Positions 1 through 9,457 of a stretch of DNA of 64,000 nucleotides are shown one piece after another. The notes under the pieces were generated by a model. It ran no database searches. It saw nothing but the letters and a program-made list of their open reading frames with translations, and was not told where the DNA came from. The stretch is taken from contig OZ241981.1 in assembly GCA_965204345.1 (NCBI GenBank), forward strand, positions 1,024,001 to 1,088,000, written 5' to 3'. The stretch's first letter is position 1. Every line of letters starts with the position of its first letter. This DNA comes from Nitrosopumilus sp. GTDB lineage: Archaea; Thermoproteota; Nitrososphaeria; Nitrososphaerales; Nitrosopumilaceae. The translations under genes were made by a program, and so were the position numbers.

Positions 1-153
1 GCATCATACTCTTTTTTGCACTCTCTGCATTGCAATGATGTTCTAGTCAAGATCAGTATTTCCCTGTATAGTATAGATAAAAAATCCTAATATCAAGTTA
101 AGTATTACTTAATTTTAACGAATAAAAATATAATGAAAAGTTACGCTGGCACA

Positions 154-214
154 TTAAGGATGTTTTAGTGGATTATGAGGTCTTGATTGGCTGTAAGGTG
201 ACAGGTAGATGATA
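154..214. repeat. 61-bp direct repeat, copy 1 (identical to 1918-1978; degenerate similarity continues to ~260)
   Basis: TTAAGGATGTTTTAGTGGATTATGAGGTCTTGATTGGCTGTAAGGTGACAGGTAGATGATA read at both positions. Confidence 0.95.
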
Positions 215-270
215 TGACCAATGCAAAAATATCTAGGCACAATGCAATTTTTATAAAAAATAACGATCTT

Positions 271-672
271 TCAATGTTTAGTATCTTCAGGATTTGTTGA
301 CCAGGGTTCTATAGTGTATGTTTCATTTTTTCCATCTATTTGCAAATTCCATAAGTTGATTAGATCTCTTCCCAAAAGAACATAGTTCCTTGGCATTGCC
401 ACAACTTCAAAACTATCAAATTTTATATTTCCTATTTGAATACTTACAAAATAATTGAGATGGGTTGTTAGGATTCCATTTACACCTTGTACAGTTGATT
501 CCCTTGTCTTTTTTAGCTTTAGAGTATTTACAAGATAATCTGGAATTACTGTGCGATCTGCACCTGTATCTATTTTTCCTTTTTCAGGAAAATGATCTCC
601 AAATTTGCTCCATACAAAAAGATCTACAACCAATGAACTAGGATTCTCTGTTTTACTGTGATTGAATTTCAA
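271..672 (-). CDS. retropepsin-like (clan AA) aspartyl protease
   Basis: IDTGADRTVIP catalytic motif and LLGRDLI C-terminal motif; 133 aa. Confidence 0.85.
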   Translation of the reverse strand: MKFNHSKTENPSSLVVDLFVWSKFGDHFPEKGKIDTGADRTVIPDYLVNTLKLKKTRESTVQGVNGILTTHLNYFVSIQIGNIKFDSFEVVAMPRNYVLLGRDLINLWNLQIDGKNETYTIEPWSTNPEDTKH

Positions 673-674
673 TG

Positions 675-1127
675 TTAATTAAACTCTGGTGTATCAATTA
701 TAACAATTTCTTTTTCATCTGTAACTTTATCTACATACATATCCACATTGCCAAATTTATCATACATTTTACCAATCAACGCATTTCTCTTATCTCCTAC
801 ACCCTGAAATTTTCCATTAACAAATGCTACAAAGTGGTTCTTGTATTCTGAGTTATTTAGATTAATCTTAACAAAGTCTTCAAATGCTTTTTTGTTTATT
901 GTATTTTCATCGTTTTTAGAATGTGAGTAAGTACGTATAGTTTTCAAGTCATTATCAAATATTTTAAAAAATTCACAAAAACAAATGCTTTTTTTATTAT
1001 CTCCAGTCCAAGAATTCAGATCATGTAAATTAATTTCTTTATTTTCTAAATTATATGATTCAATATAGATATTTTTTTGTTCAAATCTTGTTTTTTCTTT
1101 GAACTCATACAAATTATTCTCAATCAA
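675..1127 (-). CDS. DUF5678-like protein, partner of aspartyl protease
   Basis: C-terminal FVAFVNGKFQGVGDKRNALIGKMYDKFG pattern; directly upstream of protease. Confidence 0.55.
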   Translation of the reverse strand: MIENNLYEFKEKTRFEQKNIYIESYNLENKEINLHDLNSWTGDNKKSICFCEFFKIFDNDLKTIRTYSHSKNDENTINKKAFEDFVKINLNNSEYKNHFVAFVNGKFQGVGDKRNALIGKMYDKFGNVDMYVDKVTDEKEIVIIDTPEFN

Positions 1128-1740
1128 TTATATCATCCCCAAATTTTTTACGGAAATCTTGTATTTCAATTTTTAATGAATTTGCCCCATTATTTAATTC
1201 ATCAATTAGTTCTTTGGCATCTTTCAGACTTAATTGAAGATTAATAGTATGATCAACATCATTGTCTGATTCGTGTGTATTTATACTCAGAATTAAAGAA
1301 GGGATAATTTTTTTAATTCCTTCCTCTGCGTTGGAAATTGGTCTAAATTCTGTAATTGTCTTAAAACCATGTGTGTGTGCAAATCCAAATTCTTTAAGAA
1401 AGCTAGATGTCATGCTGGTCGATATTTTATCTAAATCCGTTTTATCATGAATTTTTTGAACTATTTCTTTTAATATTCTCTTTTTGTCTTCCTCTAATTT
1501 AGAGGTAGAAATAATTTCAAAAATCTTATCAGGATTACGTTTACCTATAGTAAAGTTGTAAAATATTGGTACGAGTTCTCTGATGTCATTTATGTCAAAA
1601 CCACTACCCAAAATTTCCTCTAATTTGGATAAATTTGGAAGTTGAGTTAAAATGGTCTCATCAAAAAAATTGCCTAACTCAATAATTTTTTCCGTAGATA
1701 TTTTATTAAAAATATCTAGTTTTGGCTGGAGATCGGACAC
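1120..1740 (-). CDS. hypothetical protein (helical N-terminus, beta-beta-beta-alpha C-terminus)
   Basis: 206-aa ORF overlapping the next gene, operon-like. Confidence 0.7.
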   Translation of the reverse strand: MSDLQPKLDIFNKISTEKIIELGNFFDETILTQLPNLSKLEEILGSGFDINDIRELVPIFYNFTIGKRNPDKIFEIISTSKLEEDKKRILKEIVQKIHDKTDLDKISTSMTSSFLKEFGFAHTHGFKTITEFRPISNAEEGIKKIIPSLILSINTHESDNDVDHTINLQLSLKDAKELIDELNNGANSLKIEIQDFRKKFGDDIID

Positions 1741-1917
1741 ATTTTTAAACTAGTATATTCATTTTAATATTTTACTCATATTTCAGATTCAGAGAAGGAT
1801 TTGTGTAGAACGATTCTAGTACTCGCCTGTCTTTACAACCAATCAAAATCTTCACTATTCAATCTTAGAGTGTTTTCATCGATTTCAAATGAATGTTAAG
1901 ATGGGGTGCTGACAAAT

Positions 1918-1978
1918 TTAAGGATGTTTTAGTGGATTATGAGGTCTTGATTGGCTGTAAGGTGACAGGTAGATGATA
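1918..1978. repeat. 61-bp direct repeat, copy 2; imperfect inverted partner at 1826-1854
   Basis: identical to 154-214. Confidence 0.95.
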
Positions 1979-2098
1979 CCAACGCAAAAAATCCTGACAC
2001 TAATTTTTTATAAAAAATCTGTTGCTTTGGATTTAGAACAAGCTTTTGCATGAACATTTGCTTTACAAAACATATCGGTTTTTGATTGATTTAATCTC

Positions 2099-2377
2099 TC
2101 AAACACACTTGACAGAGAATTTTTCGATTCCCACAACTATGCCCATATCAGATGTACTAAGTGTAGATATGAGTTCTCTTTTTTGTGCTTGATAGTGTAT
2201 GCTGTCGTTTGAATCTAAGTAATCTTTAGTAGCAATCACTACCTCATCTTTCATTTTTTCTAAATCAACACCTCCAATAATTATCCCAGGAATTTCCATT
2301 ACCTCAAAGGTATTATTTTTCCCATATTTTTTGTGGAGATAGGAAAACTCATGTTGTTGGTGACACAGCATTGCCAT
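2099..2377 (-). CDS. HicB-like antitoxin-fold protein
   Basis: EIPGIIIGGVDLEKMKDEVVIATKDYL resembles the HicB partial RNase H motif. Confidence 0.45.
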   Translation of the reverse strand: MAMLCHQQHEFSYLHKKYGKNNTFEVMEIPGIIIGGVDLEKMKDEVVIATKDYLDSNDSIHYQAQKRELISTLSTSDMGIVVGIEKFSVKCV

Positions 2378-2561
2378 ACTGTATGATACAAATGTATACT
2401 AATTAAAACTATAGTCAATATTCAGTACGAACACATAATATCATTTTCACGTCTGTAGAGTTTTCATATGATTCACCTTTGATTTTTTCATGAGTCAGCA
2501 TGTTTACTTAGAATACCTTTGTTGATTCACATTTTAATACATTTAAAATCATAGTATTACT

Positions 2562-2906
2562 ATGAAAAACCAATCACTACTTCTGCAGTACATGGGATAC
2601 ACTCCCAAACTCAGAATAATGGATTTCTTTTTGGATAACAAAGAGAGTGACTATTCTAAAAAAGAGATTATAGAGTATGTCGGTATTTCTAAAACAACAT
2701 TTTACAAGGTTTGGGATGAAATTTTAAAATTTGAATTTTTAAAAGCTACGAGAAAGTATGACAGGGCACAACTGTATGCACTAAATCCAGATAGTGTACT
2801 TGTTCAGAAATTCAAAGATCTGGATGATGAGCTTGGGAGACAAGCTATAGAAAAAGCAACAGCAAAAGAATCAATTTCTGCCAACCTATCAAAAACCATG
2901 AAATAA
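2562..2906 (+). CDS. winged-helix transcriptional regulator
   Basis: TPKLRIMDFFL...YSKKEIIEYVGISKTTFYKVW HTH; paralogue of 15276-15707 and 20060-20407. Confidence 0.8.
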   Translation: MKNQSLLLQYMGYTPKLRIMDFFLDNKESDYSKKEIIEYVGISKTTFYKVWDEILKFEFLKATRKYDRAQLYALNPDSVLVQKFKDLDDELGRQAIEKATAKESISANLSKTMK

Positions 2907-3167
2907 TTTCTCATTTTAGCATACGGAAAATATTTGAGTCTCTAAATTCCACATTCAATCTCATGTCTTTAGATCTTAAAAAAGAGAACAACACAAAAAT
3001 CAAAATGCTGTGACATCTTTTCAGGAATGCATGCAGAGCAGATCAAGATGTTCATTTAGATGAGACAATAACACTAAGAATGTAACAACCAGAATAGAAC
3101 ATCATAAAGATCCTAAATTGGAACGCTTCTAATCCAGATGAATTTTACATTAAGTTTTTGACTGTTA

Positions 3168-3199
3168 GGTACTGTTGCGTTCACGAGGGATAGGCACGA
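3168..3199 (+). repeat. left terminal inverted repeat GGTACTGTTGCGTTCACGAGGGATAGGCACGA
   Basis: exact reverse complement of 9395-9426; starts like IS6/IS26 ends (GGCACTGTTGC). Confidence 0.95.
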
Positions 3200-3247
3200 A
3201 TCTGTCTGGTAACACACGTTTTAATCAAGACCTGCAAACACACCAGC

Positions 3248-3520
3248 CTACAAGTACCTGGGATCGTTTCTCTGTTCCTTGGCTTCTTTTCTGCATCTAT
3301 CACAGAGCAATACTTTGAGATCATCTTCCACATACTCTTTGAGATCATCACGCTTTTCATCACAAAATTCACAACAGATAGTGTTTCTCTTTGTATTGCC
3401 TGTTCTTTTACATTGCTTGCGCATGTGAGTCAAAATGCCCATGAACAGCACCCTGTCTGCCTTTTGATTATCATCATCATCATAGTTCAAAAAACAGACT
3501 CTGCATCTAAAGCCCGACAT
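3248..3520 (-). CDS. small Cys-rich (zinc-binding) passenger protein
   Basis: several CxxC pairs; ATG at 3520 overlaps the transposase stop; near-identical copy at 37998-38267. Confidence 0.7.
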   Translation of the reverse strand: MSGFRCRVCFLNYDDDDNQKADRVLFMGILTHMRKQCKRTGNTKRNTICCEFCDEKRDDLKEYVEDDLKVLLCDRCRKEAKEQRNDPRYL

Positions 3521-4652
3521 TTCTACTCCTCTCCAAACTTGCATTTTGCATTAGTGTGAGCCACTTGTTATCACCTGATACGAAAATCATGGATTCTTCG
3601 GCAGGCGTTTTATTATTTATGCCACTGTGATTTTTGACAAAGTTATAGTATATTCTAAATTGCCTGAACATTGAACCGTCCTCTTTTTTCAGTCCACGTC
3701 TAACTGTCTCCCAATCCCTCATGGTTCCGTTAAGACGCTCCATCTTGTTATTGTTCATGTCTCTTGCTATGTGGGTATGACGAATGTGGGAAGTCAGTTT
3801 CATGTTTGGATTTCTTTGCCTCCATTCTGCCTTCCATGCATCATGGAAGTTTGGGGCTGAATCTGAGATCAAAGTATGAGGAATCATGCCTGCCTGCTTT
3901 TCTGACATCCTAAACATTGGTCTTATGTTTTCAGTATATTTCTTATCGGATATTTGCTGTGCAATCATGAATCTTGTTTCATCATCCATCATGGTATAGA
4001 CCCATTTTGGCATACCGCTAAACTTGACATGCAGTTCATCAGTTCTCCATCTGTTAGACACCCTTGGGGTTATGGCATTTGTGTATTCGGATATCATATC
4101 AGTATATTTGACCAGCCAGCGATATATCGTGGAATGATTTACAGTCTTGCCTTCTTGCCTGAAATTATCCTTTATGCTTCTAAATGACATCTTTGAACCA
4201 GACATATTCATTGAACGTGTAATGAGTGCAGGGTCATGCTTTATTCGCTCAACCCCCAGATTGTCACTGAATTTCTTTTTGCAACTCTTACAGTAATATT
4301 TTTGAACCGTTATCATTCTGCTCTTGTTATGGCGTGTTCCATCCTTGACAATGTTGCCTGAATCACAATGTCTGCACAACCTTACCTCATTTCTCTCCAT
4401 TATGCGATAGCCCATGGATTCATCAGCCCTGTTTTTCTTGATGTTTTCTAGTGCCACTTTGATGTGTTTGCAGTCTGCCTTTCTGTCTCTATGATCAGGG
4501 CACTCACACACCAGGCCCAGGCCCGTTCTTTTGACAACATATGATGAATTGTGATTGGTCTGGGATCTTACCTGATACACACCGTCTTTGATCACTTTGA
4601 AGGCATTTGGCAGGGACATGATCTCCTTTGCCCTTTTCTGACGTCTGTTCAC
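3507..4652 (-). CDS. tnp: IS6-like DDE transposase with N-terminal SWIM and zinc-ribbon domains
   Basis: CECPD...CKH (SWIM), CRHC...CKSC ribbon, WRTDE, ISDS, NNKMERLNGT DDE triad. Confidence 0.92.
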   Translation of the reverse strand: MNRRQKRAKEIMSLPNAFKVIKDGVYQVRSQTNHNSSYVVKRTGLGLVCECPDHRDRKADCKHIKVALENIKKNRADESMGYRIMERNEVRLCRHCDSGNIVKDGTRHNKSRMITVQKYYCKSCKKKFSDNLGVERIKHDPALITRSMNMSGSKMSFRSIKDNFRQEGKTVNHSTIYRWLVKYTDMISEYTNAITPRVSNRWRTDELHVKFSGMPKWVYTMMDDETRFMIAQQISDKKYTENIRPMFRMSEKQAGMIPHTLISDSAPNFHDAWKAEWRQRNPNMKLTSHIRHTHIARDMNNNKMERLNGTMRDWETVRRGLKKEDGSMFRQFRIYYNFVKNHSGINNKTPAEESMIFVSGDNKWLTLMQNASLERSRNVGL

Positions 4653-4653
4653 A

Positions 4654-4702
4654 TTTACTTAATAAGTAAAAGCACTATAAGAGTTTTACTTAATAGGTAA
4701 AA
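4654..4702. promoter_or_regulatory. two palindromic operator-like sites in the divergent tnp/cargo promoter
   Basis: TTTACTTA-A-TAAGTAAA (4654-4670, perfect) and TTTTACTTA-A-TAGGTAAAA (4684-4702, 1 mismatch), 31 bp apart. Confidence 0.7.
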
Positions 4703-4721
4703 TCTTATTAATGGTTGCAGT

Positions 4722-4889
4722 ATGATACAGGTATTGGCAACTTTTAATCTTGCAGGCTATATTTGTGACAAATGTGGACACCGATGGCCTCCCAGGTCCC
4801 TGGATAATCCAATGCCTAGGATCTGCCCAAGATGCAAGAATCCTAATTGGAATGACCAGGGAAAATCAGGCAAAAAGAAACATAAATGA
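4722..4889 (+). CDS. small zinc-finger protein (55 aa, absent from the ORF track)
   Basis: YICDKCGHRWPPRSLDNPMPRICPRCKNPNWN; homologue at 62727-62870. Confidence 0.8.
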   Translation: MIQVLATFNLAGYICDKCGHRWPPRSLDNPMPRICPRCKNPNWNDQGKSGKKKHK

Positions 4890-4961
4890 AATAAAGCAAG
4901 TACCAAAGTGGCCTCAAAGACTATGCACTCATCATCATCCACAATCAAGACAGATAAACAA

Positions 4962-7093
4962 ATGACAGATGATTATGCCAAATTTGATAAAAATCAACTA
5001 ATTGATAAGATCAAATCACGAGATAATGAAATCAAATCATTAGATAATAAAATCAAGAAACTCAAAAAGAGAAAAAAATACGGGTTGGTCTGGGATGAAG
5101 AAAAGACCGAGGAAAAATTTGATGAGCAACTCAAAAACAAACTGCCAATACTAAAGGAAGTCAAAAGTAACAGTATCTCTCTGAAAAAGGCCGGATTAAC
5201 CCAAGAATCGTCAATAGACGGGGGGGGGGTCGGCCAAAAAATACACCTTGTGACCCCACCAACATACTAATCGAAGGCGACAACTATCACGCGCTTTCAG
5301 TTTTGAATTATACGCATGAAGGTCAAATTGATGTGATCTACATTGATCCGCCGTACAATACTGGTGGAACACTCATGTATAACAATAATTATGTAGATCA
5401 GGATGATCCATACAGACATTCTAAATTTTTATCATTTTTACATAAGAGATTAAAACTAGCAAAAAATGTTTTAAAGAAAAATGGTGTGATTTGTTGTACT
5501 ATTGATGATTATGAATTGATATCTGTCTTAGGAATATTGGAAAAACTCCATGCAAAAATACTGAATATTGTTGTAATTGTGATAAAACCAGAAGGTCGTG
5601 GGCAAGACCATCATATTATGGGTTCTCATGAATATGCAATTTTTGCAACTTGGGGAGATCCAATTTCAAGAAAAATATTGCCTAGAGTTGAAATAAAACA
5701 AAATTATGATGAGGTATCCTCAGATGGCAGACAATATAGATGGGATACATTTTATCGCAGAGGAGACAAAAAGCCAAATCCGGAAAAGGAATCTAGATGG
5801 TATCCAATTTATGTTGATAGCAAAACTCTGAAAATATCTGCTAGTAAGAAAAAAGGTTACAAAAATGTATTTCCTATTGACACAAAAGGTACTAAATGGA
5901 TTTGGGATATGCTGCCTGAGGATTTTGAAGAAGAAATTAAAAATATGGATAGAAATGATCCAGAAATCATTGCAAAGAAAAATAAAAAAACAGATCAAAT
6001 AACAATTCATATTAGACGATACAAAAAATATTTTTCAAAGCCTGTATCATATTGGAAACATGAAGATTATTCTCCACAGGCATATGGCTCAAAACTTGTG
6101 CCTAGAATTATAGGTAAAGATATAAAATTTGATTATCCAAAAAGCGTTTTTGCAGTCTATGATTGTATAGATATTTTTTTACCTGAAAATGGAATATTGT
6201 TGGATTTTTTTGCAGGTTCTGGCACATCAGCACATGCAGTACAGTTACTTAATTTACGAGATATAGATATGGACAATACATTTGTTAGAAAATATGGCCA
6301 AAACTATCATACAAATACAAAATTCCTTGATCATGACGCAAAATTGTATTTGTCTAGTAATGCATTTGGTCGCAAGGAATTATCTCACGATGAACTATCA
6401 AAAAAATGGGCTTTATGGAGAAAAAATCATGGACAGAGGCAATTCATCATATGCACAAATAATGAAATTCCTGAAAAAATTCTTACTAAACTAAGGAAGC
6501 AAAAATCATGGACTAGAAAAAAAGAATTAAAACACCCAGAAGGAATATGTAAAAAAATAACATATCCAAGAATGATAGGCATTTCAAAAGGATACGGGTG
6601 GAACGAATCTCAAGCGAGAAAACTTGTCCATCCAATAAGCTCTCAAGGAGATATACTGCCATATGAAAAATCACTCACGGATAAAATTCCAAAAATCCCA
6701 TTTAGAATGAAATATTTCAAGACAGATTTCATAGAGTCTAAACGAACTGATTCAAACAGACGCAAAATAATGAAATGTATAACTGAGACATTATGCATAA
6801 AGGAAGATTGTTTCAAACTAATTCATAACCAATATCCAAAATATCATGTGTTTGCCAACAACTCACAGAGTAGATACCTGGGTATCTTATATGATAACAA
6901 AGGCGATACTATTTCTGAATTTACAAAATATGTGAAAAAAAACACCAGTCTCAAAAAAATATGCACATATGTAATGTCCTATTCTTCATACATAGACCCT
7001 GATGATTTTCAATCCATAAACAAACGTGTGGAATTACATCCAGTTCCAGACGCATTATTGGATGCATATATGAAACAACGTGGTAAGCTATGA
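4962..7093 (+). pseudogene. mod: type III R-M methyltransferase (Mod), split by a frameshift at a poly-G tract
   Basis: N-terminal KKYGLVWD; after the G tract the other frame reads PTNILIEGDNYHALSVLNYTH, then IDPPY and DFFAGSGT; G11 or G8 gives one ORF. Confidence 0.92.
5220..5229 (+). repeat. G10 homopolymer tract inside mod
   Basis: 10 consecutive G in an AT-rich gene where the reading frame changes. Confidence 0.95.
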
Positions 7094-9381
7094 TCCTGTT
7101 TGAACTAAAAGACTATCAAAAAAGAGCAGCAGAAGAATTGTTGAATGAAACATCCACTGTATTATCCAAGCCCAAAAATGATGTCAGGAAGTTTGTGTTA
7201 GAGTCACCAACAGGTTCGGGTAAAACAGTCATGATGGCAGCATACATGCGAGATCTTGTTGATAAATTCACCAATATTGCGTTTATTTGGTTTGCACCAC
7301 ATACTCTCCATATACAGAGTAAGGAAAGCCTTGAAGAAAAACTTGCAGATATTAGACAGATATCCTGTAGGTACTGGGATGATCTCAATGATAACATGCT
7401 GAATTCTGGAGATATTTTGTTCATAAATTGGGCCAACCTGAATAAAGACATCAATAGAATAATTCGAGAAAATGAACAGGGTAAAAACTTTGAAAATGTA
7501 ATGTCAAACACCCGTGAGAATGGTCGAAAAATTGTACTTGTTATAGATGAATCTCATTTTGGTGCAGGAACAAATATCGCAGAACAAATCTATGACACTA
7601 TAAAACCAAATATAATCATCAATGTCTCTGCGACACCAAAGACCATTGGTGTAGGAATTAAGCGTGTTTCGGTTGAACAGCAAGAAGTTGCAGATGAAGG
7701 AATGATAAAAAAAGACATACAATATAACATGGATCTAGATGATAAAAAACCTGAAAAATTTGGAATAAGTGATGTTATAGAAAAGGCACTAAACAAGCGA
7801 AAAGAATTAAAGGAAATATTTGAGCAATTAGACGATGTTGACTCATCCAAGATTAATCCTCTGGTATTAATTCAATCACCTACTAAATCTAATCTAATAA
7901 AGGAAGATTATGTGACAGAAATTACACGCATATTAAAAATAGATCATGGCATAACAACAGACAATCAAAGATTTGCAATATGGTTATCAGATAAGAAGAT
8001 CAACACTGATAAGGATTTATTAATAGATAATGACGGTCCTGTGGAAGTATTGTTGTTCAAACAAGCAATTGCATTGGGCTGGGATTGTCCACGAGCGCAA
8101 ATACTTGCATCATTTAGAGAATGGCACGATAAGACCACACTTCCCATACAAACATTGGGCAGAATAATGCGTATGCCTGAAAGAAAACATTATGAAAATG
8201 ATGAACTCAATAGAGCCTATGTGTATTCAAATGTTAATGATATTCAAAAGGAAAAACCTGCTTATAGTGAACGTTTTTTCACTAAGACGATAAAAAGAAA
8301 GAAACAATTTGAGACTGTAAACCTTGTTCTGCCTGCGCATTACAAGAAACCTGATCGTCATAAAGAAATACTTGATCAGAAAAAATATTACGAATATTTC
8401 ATAAATCAAATAGAAAAAAATGGCATTAAAGATATCATATCAAAAGGAGAAAGTAATCCCAGTAATCCTAAAAAGGAGGTAATCAAAGGCAAAATTGAAA
8501 AACTAGATCAGGGAAATATGAGCAACGCTGTGGGAATAGATGTTCTTGTAGATGATGAAGATATAACAAAGGAATTTGATTCTGAACTAGAAAAAATTGC
8601 TGTTAAATTTGATACGCACAGCGTAATTGCAAAAATAAAACAATCCCTATACCAATATGCACATGATATCGGTTATGATAAAAATGATGATTATGAAGAC
8701 AAGTTACAAAAAATATTATTGGATGATAAAAATAAGCCTACATTTCAAGCCACAATTCAGGAGTCGTTGGAGGATTACCTAGATGAACATAGTCAAGCAC
8801 AGGTGAATAAGCCGATATCATTTGATTGGAACTTCCCTTCAAAAATTAGAGTGACATTAGATAGTAAGGCCATTCCTGTAAGTTTAGATAAATATTTGAT
8901 GGAAAAATTGGAAGAATCAAGTAAACCTCCCAGTACAGAGATTGGATTCATGAATTATCTGAACAACCAATGTTCAGGTGTAAAATGGTGGTACAAGAAT
9001 GGTAGTGCAAATTCTAGGGAAAATTTTGCTGTAAAATATACTGAACCACTAGAGGATGATTCAAAAGGTGTCAAAGAAAATTGTTTCTATGTGGACTTTA
9101 TAGTCTGTTGTAAAGACGGTTCAATTGGACTCTTTGATACCAAGGGTGGAATACACATCGAAGTGGGTAATACAAAACACAAATCTGACGGTCTTCAAAA
9201 ATACATACAAGAGATGAATAAATCATACAAAGATAATGATCTGTTATCTGGTGGTAAAAGAGTTAGATTTTGGGGCGGCATTGTTAAAAAAGAGGGCGAA
9301 ATATGGAAGTACAATCCTAGTAAAAAATATCATTACGAAAAGGGCTGGGAATCATTGCTGATATGTGAAAAACCAAGTTAA
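7090..9381 (+). CDS. res: type III restriction enzyme Res subunit
   Basis: SPTGSGKT, DESH, QTLGRIMR helicase motifs; C-terminal FYVDF...FDTKG nuclease; ATGA overlap with mod. Confidence 0.92.
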   Translation: MILFELKDYQKRAAEELLNETSTVLSKPKNDVRKFVLESPTGSGKTVMMAAYMRDLVDKFTNIAFIWFAPHTLHIQSKESLEEKLADIRQISCRYWDDLNDNMLNSGDILFINWANLNKDINRIIRENEQGKNFENVMSNTRENGRKIVLVIDESHFGAGTNIAEQIYDTIKPNIIINVSATPKTIGVGIKRVSVEQQEVADEGMIKKDIQYNMDLDDKKPEKFGISDVIEKALNKRKELKEIFEQLDDVDSSKINPLVLIQSPTKSNLIKEDYVTEITRILKIDHGITTDNQRFAIWLSDKKINTDKDLLIDNDGPVEVLLFKQAIALGWDCPRAQILASFREWHDKTTLPIQTLGRIMRMPERKHYENDELNRAYVYSNVNDIQKEKPAYSERFFTKTIKRKKQFETVNLVLPAHYKKPDRHKEILDQKKYYEYFINQIEKNGIKDIISKGESNPSNPKKEVIKGKIEKLDQGNMSNAVGIDVLVDDEDITKEFDSELEKIAVKFDTHSVIAKIKQSLYQYAHDIGYDKNDDYEDKLQKILLDDKNKPTFQATIQESLEDYLDEHSQAQVNKPISFDWNFPSKIRVTLDSKAIPVSLDKYLMEKLEESSKPPSTEIGFMNYLNNQCSGVKWWYKNGSANSRENFAVKYTEPLEDDSKGVKENCFYVDFIVCCKDGSIGLFDTKGGIHIEVGNTKHKSDGLQKYIQEMNKSYKDNDLLSGGKRVRFWGGIVKKEGEIWKYNPSKKYHYEKGWESLLICEKPS

Positions 9382-9394
9382 CCTGATTTAGCTC

Positions 9395-9426
9395 TCGTGC
9401 CTATCCCTCGTGAACGCAACAGTACC
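9395..9426 (-). repeat. right terminal inverted repeat
   Basis: reverse complement of 3168-3199; followed by TSD GACTGTTA. Confidence 0.95.
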
Positions 9427-9457
9427 GACTGTTAAGATAGGCACGTAAAGTATCAAG

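Larger units (their letters stand above)
3168..9426. mobile_element. IS6-like cargo transposon carrying a type III R-M system
   Basis: perfect 32-bp TIRs (3168-3199, 9395-9426), 8-bp TSD GACTGTTA (3160-3167, 9427-9434), one DDE transposase inside. Confidence 0.95.

Noticed and set aside
3181-3372. 63-aa ORF (and its copy at 38143-38334)
   Set aside because: Alternative frame of the Cys-rich passenger gene running into the TIR; conservation is explained by DNA duplication.
4750-4965. ORF-track ORFs 4750-4965 (+) and 4757-4948 (-)
   Set aside because: They overlap the better-supported zinc-finger ORF 4722-4889 and show no motifs.
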